From an uncultured Gammaproteobacteria bacterium (GTDB lineage: Bacteria; Patescibacteriota; Patescibacteriia; UBA9934; GWF2-40-263), in the NCBI GenBank assembly GCA_964538435.1, contig CAZIDX010000002.1, positions 41,566 through 105,565 on the forward strand: 64,000 bases of DNA, read 5' to 3'. Position numbers and translations under genes: made by a program. Below are positions 1-9,545 of this stretch, in pieces (the stretch's first letter is position 1; each line of letters opens with the position of its first letter). The notes beneath the pieces were generated by a model. It was not told where the DNA came from and ran no database searches. It worked only from the letters and a program-made list of their open reading frames with translations.

Positions 1-768
1 CGAAAATGAAACAAAATTTGTGAATAAAAACAAATAATCCAACAACACTGCTTTTACCCATCGAAGCACAGCTCCAAACAATCCGTATGAACGAGAAAAA
101 CCTGTATCAAACATCCCAAGCGCAAGTGCCTCACGATAAAAACGCTTTGTCACTCCTCGCAATGTCTCTCTGTGAGAATGAAACACACGGCTCTTTGGTG
201 TATACACGATTTTGTAACCACGCTCGCGAGCTCGAATTGCCCATTCAATATCTTCAGCCCCTGTAAGAACCTCATCAAAATCCATCTTCCGCCACACATC
301 AAGGCGCACAGCATTATGCGCATTGGAAAACAACTCACCTCCTGTGTCACAAGATGCATCCCCATCTGGATACGCCTCCTTCAAACCCTTTCGCTCAATA
401 ATCCCCGCATCATCAAAAGGAATCTGCTGCCCGTATGTTCCAGCCACCCTCTCATCAGTAAAAGGCCTCACAAGCTCCTCAATCCAACGATCATTCTCAG
501 GTAAACAATGCGCGCTAATCCCAACAGCAACATCTCCTCTAGCAGCCTCAAGCCCAACGTTTAGTGAGTACCCAAAGGTAAACGATTCTGGAGGAATCTC
601 AATCACGTGACAACCAAAACTTCTTGCAATCTCAACCGTTCTGTCTGTTGACCCAGAATCCACAAGAACAATATCAACAGGTTGAACCGTTTGCTTCTTT
701 GTCATCTCAAGCAAAGGCTCAAGACTTCCTGCTTCATTCTTTGTTCGAATAACGAGCGAAACATTCAT
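1..768 (-). CDS. Glycosyltransferase family 2 (rhamnosyltransferase-like), runs off window start
   Basis: Not in ORF track; manual translation MNVSLVIRTKNEAGSL...IVLVDSGSTDRT...GAEDIEW shows GT2 motifs; lies in polysaccharide cluster. Confidence 0.85.
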   Translation of the reverse strand, partial: MNVSLVIRTKNEAGSLEPLLEMTKKQTVQPVDIVLVDSGSTDRTVEIARSFGCHVIEIPPESFTFGYSLNVGLEAARGDVAVGISAHCLPENDRWIEELVRPFTDERVAGTYGQQIPFDDAGIIERKGLKEAYPDGDASCDTGGELFSNAHNAVRLDVWRKMDFDEVLTGAEDIEWAIRARERGYKIVYTPKSRVFHSHRETLRGVTKRFYREALALGMFDTGFSRSYGLFGAVLRWVKAVLLDYLFLFTNFVSFS

Positions 769-770
769 AT

Positions 771-1805
771 TTAATGATGATAGGTTTCCCAAAGACGCGT
801 GCACATCCTAGCCAGCGCGCACGAATCATCTACTGCACATGACTCCTTGAACCACAATTCTGCCAAACGCACCGCCTCTCTATTTTGATTGCGCAACGCA
901 AGCTCAACAACTCTTTCAGTGCGGCGAAGTTGATGACCAGGAACAAGACGCTCCTTGTACACAACTATTTTAATCAAATTCTTACACTTACTCAAAACGG
1001 ATGTGGTTGTCTTTTTAAATGGATCATCATGAACAAGTATCTCATACCGATCGAGAAAGAACGAACGCGCTTGCTGATAAAACTGCACATGATCAACATC
1101 GAGCGGGTCAAGCACTCCGAGCTTGATTCCGTAAGCCTGCGAAACAAGATCCCTAGTTCCAAACAACGCTTTATGCTTGCTCCGCTGTTGCCGATACGAA
1201 GTTGCATACTCCCCTTTCTCAATAAGCTCACCAATAGCCGAAGCAATAACCGCCTTACTTATCTGAAGCACAAAACGACGTCTGTCATATTCCTCAAGCT
1301 TCTCTTCCTTGAAAAAAGCTTCCGGTGTGAGCTCAAAAAAACAAATAAGTCGATTGCGAAGCTGAATTCGAGCCTCCTCCAAATCAATTAACGTTGCGTC
1401 AACGCAGGGTGCTTCACCAAGAACATCTTCCCCCCAAACAACTTGACTTGACTTCAGGTCACAAACAAACACACTTGGATCCATTTTCCCAAACGCACTA
1501 CGCGTAATCGCACCCAAATCCACAAACCGAATCCCAACCTTCTCTGCAAGCTCTTTTGAAAGCTCATCCAGCACAGCTCGTGAGACACGTGACGTTGTAA
1601 TGAGCAAAAGATCATAATCATTATGCGGTCGCAGCACACCATCTTTATTAATCACACTTCCTTCACCTCTACCAAACCCACCACACAAAAGAACAGACAC
1701 AAGATTTTTCCCAAATGCACCACAAAGTCGCTGCACAATAACACCAAGATCTGACTCAATCTTCTCATCAACCCCCTCAAAATCTAGCACTGTATATTTT
1801 GACAT
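771..1805 (-). CDS. Nucleotidyltransferase-domain protein in polysaccharide locus
   Basis: LCGGFGRGEG...NDYDL resembles pol-beta-type NTase G[GS]x..DxD motif. Confidence 0.6.
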   Translation of the reverse strand: MSKYTVLDFEGVDEKIESDLGVIVQRLCGAFGKNLVSVLLCGGFGRGEGSVINKDGVLRPHNDYDLLLITTSRVSRAVLDELSKELAEKVGIRFVDLGAITRSAFGKMDPSVFVCDLKSSQVVWGEDVLGEAPCVDATLIDLEEARIQLRNRLICFFELTPEAFFKEEKLEEYDRRRFVLQISKAVIASAIGELIEKGEYATSYRQQRSKHKALFGTRDLVSQAYGIKLGVLDPLDVDHVQFYQQARSFFLDRYEILVHDDPFKKTTTSVLSKCKNLIKIVVYKERLVPGHQLRRTERVVELALRNQNREAVRLAELWFKESCAVDDSCALARMCTRLWETYHH

Positions 1806-1806
1806 A

Positions 1807-3120
1807 CTAGCGTCCTGACAAATTCAGCACATGCAAAACCGTCTTGATCAAAATCTCCAGATCAAACATGAGTGACCTGTGCTTTAGATAGTATAAGTCG
1901 TATTGCAATTTTCTACGAGAATCCTCAACGTCAGATGCATACACATGAAGCTGTGCCCAACCCGCCAGACCTGGAAGGATCTCTGTTCGATGATTATAAA
2001 ACGGAATATGATCAGCAAGCTTCTCGCACAAATGAGACTGCTCTGGTCTTGGTCCAACCAAACTCATATCCCCCCTAAGAAGGTTGATACATTGCGGCAC
2101 CTCATCTAATCGCGACTTACGTAAAAACGATCCAATACGGGTAATCCGCGGATCATTTTTCTCTGTCCACGTATCCGTTCTCGTCCCCGTACGCATTGAT
2201 CGATACTTGATCAGCTTAAACGATTTCCCCTGCAAAGAGTAACGATCCTGTTTGAAAAACACAGACCCTTTACCTGACAATTTGATAAGCACGGCAATAA
2301 ACGGAAGCGTTGTCACAAAAAACACACCAATGATAAGCCCAGAACAAATATCACCTAAACGCTTCGCTGTGTCATACAACCCCTTTCGAGACCGAACCAA
2401 AAACCACCAGTCACTCAAGTCATCTAGAGACACTCGACGATAGTAATCCTCATAAAATGCTGGATACGAAACAATCGTTGCGCCTTTTGAGTGAACTTCC
2501 TGCAATCTAGCAAGCGTGCTCCGGCTAAGCTCCTTAACATCTCCGACTACAAACCATGACCGCTCACATCTTGCTTGTCCAAATCGATGATCTTCATGAT
2601 CAAATGAGATTGACTGCCTCAAATGTAAGCTGTGATTCCTCTTAATTTCATTATCAGCCTTTAACTCACTCCACTGCTTCCTAAGGCCAACAAAGTACAC
2701 ATCCGTCACTGCATGCCGATGGAGGAAGTACCTAAGAGAAAAGAGCCAACCAAAAAGCAATGCACTTGCAATGAGGAACTGAGCAAGTAAAAATCGACGA
2801 GGGGTAAGGATGAGATCTGGCTGAAGATAAAAAACCAAAACAGCAAACACAAGATTAAACGCCGAAGCATTCAAGAACCCTCCAACATAATCTCTAATAT
2901 GTTTATGTCTCCACGGATCAAACGCACCGAACGCAAACAACGCAACCACCCAAACAGCAAAGATAACGGAAAACAATGTGATGTGCGCAGAAGTTTGAGC
3001 AACTGACAATCCCTCTGGATACCAAACCCCAAGCGTCCAATGTAAACTCAGGCACAAAAAACCGACTGACGGGAGAATCAGTAGAAAAAACTGGATTGCG
3101 TGTTTAGATCTTTGCTTCAT
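1807..3120 (-). CDS. Polyprenyl glycosylphosphotransferase (WcaJ/WbaP-like sugar transferase)
   Basis: N-terminal TMs; C-terminal KYRSM...DPRITRIGSFLRKSRLDEVPQ...GDMSLVGPRPE...YDLYY. Confidence 0.93.
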   Translation of the reverse strand: MKQRSKHAIQFFLLILPSVGFLCLSLHWTLGVWYPEGLSVAQTSAHITLFSVIFAVWVVALFAFGAFDPWRHKHIRDYVGGFLNASAFNLVFAVLVFYLQPDLILTPRRFLLAQFLIASALLFGWLFSLRYFLHRHAVTDVYFVGLRKQWSELKADNEIKRNHSLHLRQSISFDHEDHRFGQARCERSWFVVGDVKELSRSTLARLQEVHSKGATIVSYPAFYEDYYRRVSLDDLSDWWFLVRSRKGLYDTAKRLGDICSGLIIGVFFVTTLPFIAVLIKLSGKGSVFFKQDRYSLQGKSFKLIKYRSMRTGTRTDTWTEKNDPRITRIGSFLRKSRLDEVPQCINLLRGDMSLVGPRPEQSHLCEKLADHIPFYNHRTEILPGLAGWAQLHVYASDVEDSRRKLQYDLYYLKHRSLMFDLEILIKTVLHVLNLSGR

Positions 3121-3127
3121 AGGTTCA

Positions 3128-5290
3128 TTAATCCTGCAAAAACTGTTCTACGAGCGGATGTTCATTTGGTGATATCTCAAGCAAGTACTCGCCTGTTTCA
3201 ATCGCCATCTCAACATTACCTAAGGCAAGATAAGTCCCCACCAGAATCTCGTAGAACTGATATTCCTCAGGATGTATTTCAATCAAACGATTCAAAAATA
3301 CAAGCAACTCTTCAGATTGCCCGTTCTCTGAAAACCTCATGATAAGCCACAACGCAATCGTGTGATCTGCATCGTAAAACTCGTGATCGAGCGCGCGATA
3401 TAAAACCTCAGCCGCCTCATCAAAACGCTCTTGATCCAAATACAGCTGCCCCAAAATCCCTAGCGCCTCAGCATCAGTCGGAGCTTTCTCTGCAGCTTCT
3501 TCTGCAACCGCAATGGCTTGATTGGTATCACCACTTAACTGATACATATGCGCAAGCGAGACCATCCATTCAACCCGATCAGGAGCAAGTTGCTCTGCTT
3601 GATCAAACACCTCAAGAGAACGCTCAGTAAACACCTCAAACTCAGGATCAGTTTCTACAGCAGAGGCTGCTCTGAGCGCCAAAAACGCAGCGTATTTGTC
3701 CCAATGCCTAGCACGCAAAGGTCGCTGCGACACCAAATGCTCAAATGATTCTTCTGCTGCATCAAACAAGCCAACAAGATGCTCATACTGCGCATCTGAT
3801 TGCATGGCGTACACAAGCACATCAAACTGTGTCTCAGGAATAAGCCGAGGCCCAAGAAGCAGCGTTTGCTTATCATTCAAAGCCACTGCATCAATCACAG
3901 CTTGTTGAGGACTCTCATTAAGCATTGCCTTGCTGCTGAGCGTTGCATGCACAGCCCCATAATACGGGAGCACAACAAACACAACCGAGAAAAACATCAC
4001 AACCACAGCCGCCGAACTGATCGGCACAACCATCTTCTGTTCTTCAAAGTCTTTCTCTGATTCTGAAACATGAAAAGCAGCAAGCGAGACAAGTAATGCA
4101 AATGGGATCAAAGAACCAACGGTTTCAAACATGAAGAAAACATTTCCAAGATAAGCCACAAGCGCAGCCAAGAACCATTCACTGCGCTCTTTTCTCCAAA
4201 ACGCACGAACAAGAAAGAACAAAAATGCAGCATAAGCAAGCAAAGCAACAATTCCGCCTGCTGTCAGTAAATCCAAGAAATGATTATGAGGTTTGTCCGG
4301 CCACGTGTCTGAGAGCTCGTACAACTCTGCTGAGTATCGCTCATCCGCAATCTTGAAATAATTATCAAAACCTAATCCAGGCAAAAGATTATCCTTTGAC
4401 TCCTCCAAGGCAAACGCCCAATAACTCAACCTTTGTGATGAAGTCTCTGAATAAAAATGCGTAAGCCGATACGGAAGACTTCGCTCAGGAGCAAATGTCC
4501 AAGCCAGAGCAAATGCCATTGAACAAAGCACAGCAAGCACAACAAACCCACTGAGAAGCTTCCGTCGCTTCTTCTGATCTCCTGCCTTAAACGCATACAC
4601 AAACCCACCAACAACTGCACCTGCAACAAGCCCAATGAGCGCCGCCCGCGTCCCTGACGCCAAGATAGCAAGCAAGATCACACCAGCAGATCCAAAATAC
4701 AAATGCTTCTTTCTCTCACAAACACCCAAATAAATCGCCATGAAAAACGGAATGATCAGAAAGCTCGCAAAGTACGCTGGGTTCCCAAACACACTTGATA
4801 CGCGTGGAAGATACGGCTCAGCCATAGTCGGCAGCCACCCCACATATTCAAACAATGCGTACACAGAAGCCAAAGCCGCCCCACCAACAAGCACGATCAT
4901 TGAGTGCCGCCCGAACTCCTTCCCCCATCGAAGGTGTGCAAATCGTAAAAGCACTACAAACACCAAAATGTGCGCAAGGAAAAACAAACCTCCCACACGA
5001 TCCATATTCCCCAAAAAACTATTCCAAGGATCAATCCCAAATGCAGAAGCAACAACGAGAGCAAGGAAAAAACCAACAAAACTGAGAACTACCGGATCAC
5101 GCCAAAAGCCTTTTTGACGATTCTTTAAATACAGATACAAAAAAACGGGAACTAAAAGTTCCACCAAAATCATGAACGAAATCTTCTTTGCATTTTGAAA
5201 CGGAGCATAAATATGTGGAAAAACCACAAGCGGTGTCAAAAGCACCATCAAAATCCCCCAATAATAGATCGTTTTCAAGCTTTTTTCCAT
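3128..5290 (-). CDS. O-antigen ligase family protein with C-terminal TPR repeats
   Basis: Many TMs, FGNPAYFA, SGTRAA, KPHNHFLD motifs; TPR-like helical C-terminus; start at MEKSLK chosen. Confidence 0.85.
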   Translation of the reverse strand: MEKSLKTIYYWGILMVLLTPLVVFPHIYAPFQNAKKISFMILVELLVPVFLYLYLKNRQKGFWRDPVVLSFVGFFLALVVASAFGIDPWNSFLGNMDRVGGLFFLAHILVFVVLLRFAHLRWGKEFGRHSMIVLVGGAALASVYALFEYVGWLPTMAEPYLPRVSSVFGNPAYFASFLIIPFFMAIYLGVCERKKHLYFGSAGVILLAILASGTRAALIGLVAGAVVGGFVYAFKAGDQKKRRKLLSGFVVLAVLCSMAFALAWTFAPERSLPYRLTHFYSETSSQRLSYWAFALEESKDNLLPGLGFDNYFKIADERYSAELYELSDTWPDKPHNHFLDLLTAGGIVALLAYAAFLFFLVRAFWRKERSEWFLAALVAYLGNVFFMFETVGSLIPFALLVSLAAFHVSESEKDFEEQKMVVPISSAAVVVMFFSVVFVVLPYYGAVHATLSSKAMLNESPQQAVIDAVALNDKQTLLLGPRLIPETQFDVLVYAMQSDAQYEHLVGLFDAAEESFEHLVSQRPLRARHWDKYAAFLALRAASAVETDPEFEVFTERSLEVFDQAEQLAPDRVEWMVSLAHMYQLSGDTNQAIAVAEEAAEKAPTDAEALGILGQLYLDQERFDEAAEVLYRALDHEFYDADHTIALWLIMRFSENGQSEELLVFLNRLIEIHPEEYQFYEILVGTYLALGNVEMAIETGEYLLEISPNEHPLVEQFLQD

Positions 5291-5368
5291 ATGTTTTTGT
5301 GGTCTGTAGTATAGCAAATACTCAATAAATAGCTATGTTTTCTCAATTCAATCAAACGAAAACTTTGA

Positions 5369-5403
5369 AATAGAAAAACCCTGACATTGCTGCCAGGGCC
5401 GTG
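5369..5403 (-). terminator. Rho-independent terminator, near-identical to 6315-6349
   Basis: CCCTGGCA-GCAA-TGTCAGGG hairpin followed by TTTTT on minus strand just after the stop at 5407. Confidence 0.8.
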
Positions 5404-5406
5404 TGA

Positions 5407-6129
5407 CTACGGCATGGACGCACCATCAGGGAGACGACCTTCCCAGGGTGTGATGTAGTCGATCGCAGGATTGTGAACCAGCCTGGAGCAGCCAGTCTCC
5501 GAATCCGTCTGGTTGTGATAGCGCAGGATCGAGACATTGGCCACGACCTGATGGTCACGGTACATCTGCTCGACCTGCTCGATGGTCCAGCCCTCGAGCA
5601 CCTTCTGCAGAAGCAGGAGCCAGTGCGCATGACCGACCACAGCGATCTTCTTGCCAGCGTACTTCAGACGCAGCATGAGCAGGAACTCGTGCACACGACG
5701 CTCCATATCCGCCCAGCTCTCACCCGCGATCGGGCGATGATGGTACGGACCACTCGCTGCCAGACGACCTGCCTCGAACGGGAACTGGATCGCCATCTGC
5801 TGACGCGTCAGCACATGCTCGATTCCACGATCTCGCTCAGCCAGACGAGGATCCTGACGAATCTCTCTGTCCGGGAAGCAGATGTCTGCAGTCTCGCAGG
5901 TTCGCTTGTAGTACGAAGCAAAGATGCGATAGAGAGCATCCCCACTGTAATGCCCAGCAAGCCAGTCCCGCGTGAACCCAGCCTGAGCTTGTCCAAGCTC
6001 GGTCAGAGCATAGCGATTGCTCGCCAGCGGGTTGCGAGCACGCTCTTCACGCGTCATCACATTCCCTTGGCTCTGTGCATGCCGGATGAACAGCACCTCG
6101 TCAGGAAAAGCCAGTTCTCTCAGTGACAT
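5407..6129 (-). CDS. Histidine phosphatase / phosphoglycerate mutase family protein
   Basis: FIRHAQSQGN, LTELG, S..KRTCETA, DPRLAERDRG, GESW, VVGH motifs; RBS GGAGAGG. Confidence 0.9.
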   Translation of the reverse strand: MSLRELAFPDEVLFIRHAQSQGNVMTREERARNPLASNRYALTELGQAQAGFTRDWLAGHYSGDALYRIFASYYKRTCETADICFPDREIRQDPRLAERDRGIEHVLTRQQMAIQFPFEAGRLAASGPYHHRPIAGESWADMERRVHEFLLMLRLKYAGKKIAVVGHAHWLLLLQKVLEGWTIEQVEQMYRDHQVVANVSILRYHNQTDSETGCSRLVHNPAIDYITPWEGRLPDGASMP

Positions 6130-6187
6130 GAATTACCTCTCCCCGCGCGCTAAAGAGGGTTCTCTTTCTTTAGTACGGGAGAAAAGA

Positions 6188-6216
6188 AAACTACATGAAA
6201 CAAGCTTTTCCGTCAA
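6188..6216 (-). promoter_or_regulatory. Sigma70-type promoter of the phosphatase gene
   Basis: TTGACG-17 bp-TAGTTT. Confidence 0.55.
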
Positions 6217-6266
6217 TTGAGAGATACCATATAAGTACCGATCGGCACTTATATGGTATCTCTCAA
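6217..6266. repeat. 50-bp near-perfect inverted repeat
   Basis: ttgagagataccatataagt-accgatcggc-acttatatggtatctctcaa (20-bp perfect arms). Confidence 0.9.
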
Positions 6267-6314
6267 AATACTCAATAAACGAAAAATACCTAAACTAGGA
6301 ATTATTGACAGATG

Positions 6315-6349
6315 AATAGAAAAACCCCGACATTGCTGCCAGGGCCGTG
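6315..6349 (-). terminator. Rho-independent terminator, copy of 5369-5403
   Basis: 34/35 identical to 5369-5403. Confidence 0.8.
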
Positions 6350-6354
6350 CAGCG

Positions 6355-6804
6355 CTAGGCTGCGGCAAGCTCCCAGAGATAGACCGTACGCTTGCATGTC
6401 TGAGAACGATCGAGCTCCTCGATCCCACTGACCTTCACCAGAAACGAAGGCGGGATGTCCTCGAGCGCTCCGTCCGAAAGCCGAGGGCCATGCGTGCAGT
6501 CCAGCGCCCGTAGGTTGAGCTCACGCCCACCCTGAGCAAACCAGCTCCGAAGCTTGTGAACCGCCACTTCCTCGGACACGCTCCCATTCGAAGGAACCGC
6601 CACCTTGAAGTACGAGGTATTCCCCCAGTTCATGGGAAACTGAGACTTGTCCCGGTTGAAGTCCGGATCCGAACTCGTGACCTCCACTGCAAACACATGC
6701 AGCATGAAGTTGCTCGGATGCCACTTGGGCAACTCAACCTTATTCCGACCAGAAAACCGCTCGTACAGGAATCCTCTTACAGCATCCAGAAAGGAGATCG
6801 TCAT
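6355..6804 (-). CDS. Hypothetical protein (self-contained unit)
   Basis: 149-aa ORF with own promoter TTGACA-17-TAGCTT (6845-6873), G-rich RBS and terminator. Confidence 0.75.
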   Translation of the reverse strand: MTISFLDAVRGFLYERFSGRNKVELPKWHPSNFMLHVFAVEVTSSDPDFNRDKSQFPMNWGNTSYFKVAVPSNGSVSEEVAVHKLRSWFAQGGRELNLRALDCTHGPRLSDGALEDIPPSFLVKVSGIEELDRSQTCKRTVYLWELAAA

Positions 6805-6979
6805 CTCTTTACCCCCTTGGAGTTATTGCTCTTGCGGAGCCCCTAAGCTACTACACCCACATCACCATGTCAACCATAGGCTATTTTCAACACCAAAACG
6901 AAGACCGCACCAATTGCGTTAGGTGCGGTCCGTCCAGCCGACCAAGTCAAACTTGGCAAGAGCTGGTTCGCTGCCTTTC

Positions 6980-7078
6980 TCAGGTGTTGTTGAAGCGGGC
7001 TCGAAACCAAAGGTATCGAATCACCCCAACGAACAAGAGTGTCGAGCTGAGAAAAAGTGCCAACGAGATCACCCACAT
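6980..7078 (-). CDS. Small single-TM protein (32 aa)
   Basis: MWVISLALFLSSTLLFVGVIRYLWFRARFNNT; upstream TTGACA-17-TAACTC; downstream hairpin at about 6903-6930. Confidence 0.5.
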   Translation of the reverse strand: MWVISLALFLSSTLLFVGVIRYLWFRARFNNT

Positions 7079-7313
7079 CTCTATAGAGCGGAAAATCCCA
7101 CCCTAACGAACGACCTGAGTTAGCACAAAAATAGGGCTTTGTCAATGGTTTAATGGAAAAAACACCACAAACCCGTTGATTTATCCCAACGATATGCTAC
7201 AATCTCCGCGGATGACTTAAGAATAGGAATGCGCTCCCGGATGCTTTGCATCCGTATCGCTCCGCTCGGGCCTAGAAAATACGCAAGCGTCTTTTCTAGA
7301 CCGCTCGCTACGC

Positions 7314-7387
7314 TCCCGGATCGTCTAATGGCAGGACGCCTGGTTTTGGTCCAGGTAATCGGGGTTCGAATCCCTGTCCGGGAACCA
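7314..7387 (+). tRNA. tRNA-Gln (TTG)
   Basis: Acceptor TCCCGGA/TCCGGGA, anticodon arm CCTGG-TTTTGGT-CCAGG, GGTTCGAATCC T-arm, encoded CCA; terminator at about 7390-7419. Confidence 0.95.
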
Positions 7388-7714
7388 CATAAAACCGACA
7401 GCTTTTGCTGACGGTTTTATGTTTCTGGACAGCGTCAGTCAGAAAACTTCGCTGGTTCATCAGGAATGTGAGCGAGAGAACTCACTCTGACAATTCCGAG
7501 CGAATGAGTCGTTTCGTCCGGCTCTGCTGGACCATCTCTGTTCGCCAAAAACCACCCACATGGTCTCACTCCAGCGTGCAGCTCCATGTTTACACACAAA
7601 CCACCAACTCTAAACGTAAGTTTTTTGACAAACCTAATCGAACACATGACAATAAACCTGCCCCCCTCCGTTCAATCGGTGGGTTTTATATACTCAAAAT
7701 AATAAACTCAACGA

Positions 7715-7744
7715 CACAAATTCTCGTACGTACGAGAATTTGTG
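7715..7744. repeat. Perfect 30-bp palindrome, with a degenerate second copy at 7807-7831
   Basis: cacaaattctcgtacgtacgagaatttgtg. Confidence 0.9.
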
Positions 7745-7904
7745 CAGCACTTAACAAAAAAGTTCTTTTCCTTGCTTTTCGTAAATATAGATACTTTTAC
7801 ACAACACATTTTCTCGTACGTACGAAAAATGCAGAATCATAAAAACCCACACTTAGCCAACACAAACAAAAAACAACCGTCTTCCACGGTTGTTTTGTTA
7901 TCAT

Positions 7905-8819
7905 CTACACCTTCAAATACCTCCTCATTGCCAAACTCGTCGACACAAGCGTTACCACCACCAGCACAAGCAACTCCAACCCATAAATCATAACCCCATT
8001 TGTTGCAAAGTATTCCACAAGCCCAACCGTCTCTGTTCCAAAGTAAACATTAAACCGGGGCTCAATCATGGCAAGCACTGGATACATAAGCGCCACTGTT
8101 CCTCCCACTGCAAGCATGCTAAGTAGAACCATCTCAAGGAAGAACGGCGCCTTGATGAACCAATTTGAGGCTCCCACAAGCCGCATAATCCCAATCTCTT
8201 CCCGATGAATATAAATCCCTATGCGCACCGTATTAAACACAATCAAGATCGCAATAAGCATGAACACAACCGACAGCGCCACACCAAAGGCCCGAATCTT
8301 ATCAGTGGTGTCTTGAATGCGCGTAACAATCTCCTCATAATTTGAAAAATCTTTCTCTCGAATCTCATCAGCAAACGCTGGATTTTCAAGTGAGTCCAAG
8401 ATGAGCTCAAAATCCTCAGCCGAGTTCGCCTTCACAATCAACGTCGGCCCAAACGGATTATCTTCAATCTCCTCAAGCGAGGCCAAAATCTCCTCATCAA
8501 GAGCATGGCGTTCTACAAACTGTTCGTACGCCTCCTCTGCTGAAATCGTCTCAACATCCCTCACCTGCGCTAGGCTGCGCATGTACTCAACCGCACCATT
8601 AATCGTTTCCTCACCTGCAGTCTCATGAAAATACACCGAAACCTCAATCCGATCTTCAACAAATCCAATCGCCTTCTCTGTCACCACATTCATCACAAGC
8701 AAAATGTTGATCGTGATAAGAGTAAGCAAAAGCATGCTCACTGTGATAATGGAAAGCCAAAAATTTCTCCAAAAATTCTGAAAGGCAAATTTTGAAACGC
8801 GAAATGAACTTACAAACAT
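7905..8819 (-). CDS. ftsX: Cell division permease FtsX
   Basis: Downstream of FtsE; NTVRIGIYIHREEIGIMRLVGAS..FIKAPF motif. Confidence 0.93.
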   Translation of the reverse strand: MFVSSFRVSKFAFQNFWRNFWLSIITVSMLLLTLITINILLVMNVVTEKAIGFVEDRIEVSVYFHETAGEETINGAVEYMRSLAQVRDVETISAEEAYEQFVERHALDEEILASLEEIEDNPFGPTLIVKANSAEDFELILDSLENPAFADEIREKDFSNYEEIVTRIQDTTDKIRAFGVALSVVFMLIAILIVFNTVRIGIYIHREEIGIMRLVGASNWFIKAPFFLEMVLLSMLAVGGTVALMYPVLAMIEPRFNVYFGTETVGLVEYFATNGVMIYGLELLVLVVVTLVSTSLAMRRYLKV

Positions 8820-8820
8820 A

Positions 8821-9501
8821 TTAAATCTTATATCTTCCCTCTTCGACGTCAGAGACAACCTGACCGTCATCAAGAGAAATAACGCGTTTCTTAAGTCGAT
8901 TCACAATCTCACGATCATGTGTCACAAGCACAACCGTTGTGCCAAACTCATTGATTCGTTTTAGAAGATCGATAATCTCCCGCGCATTGAGCGTATCCAA
9001 ATTCCCTGTTGGCTCATCAGCAACAAGAATCTTTGGTGAATGCACAAGCGCACGCCCAATAGCCACACGTTGCTGCTCACCACCAGAAAGCTGATGAGGA
9101 TAACGGTTAGCCTTGTCCCCAAGATCAACAATGTCAATCACGCGCGGGACCACATCTCGAATACGCCGCGGCTTTACACCTGCAACCTGAAGCGCAAACG
9201 CAATATTCTCCTGAACAGTCTTTTTCTTTAACAGCTTGTAATCCTGAAACACCACACCAATTTGCCTGCGAAGCAATGGAACGTCTCGATCTTTTATCCG
9301 AGTGATATCCCACCCACCAATCTCAATCTTCCCATGCGATGGACGCTCTTCTGCAAACAAAAGTTTAGCAAGCGTGGACTTCCCAGTACCGCTCTGCCCC
9401 ACAATGGAAACAAATTCTCCAGGTCTAATATGGAGACTCACACTGTCCACACCAACAACATTGGGGTGGTACATCTTTGAAACATTTTTAAATCGAATCA
9501 T
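8821..9501 (-). CDS. ftsE: Cell division ATP-binding protein FtsE
   Basis: GQSGTGKST, LRRQIGVVFQDYKLL, LSGGEQQR, ADEPTGNLD. Confidence 0.95.
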   Translation of the reverse strand: MIRFKNVSKMYHPNVVGVDSVSLHIRPGEFVSIVGQSGTGKSTLAKLLFAEERPSHGKIEIGGWDITRIKDRDVPLLRRQIGVVFQDYKLLKKKTVQENIAFALQVAGVKPRRIRDVVPRVIDIVDLGDKANRYPHQLSGGEQQRVAIGRALVHSPKILVADEPTGNLDTLNAREIIDLLKRINEFGTTVVLVTHDREIVNRLKKRVISLDDGQVVSDVEEGRYKI

Positions 9502-9545
9502 GCATTTATTCTAGTTCATCGCCTTCTATGATACCCTATGAACGT

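Noticed and set aside
5369-7145. Classical integron cassette array
   Set aside because: No intI in the window and no clear attC RYYYAAC...GTTRRRY boundaries; each gene has its own promoter
7435-7530. Hammerhead-ribozyme-like words (CGAAAC...GTC...CTGATGA) on the minus strand
   Set aside because: Stems I and II do not close properly (A-C mismatches next to the core); the words could simply encode PDE in the overlapping short ORF
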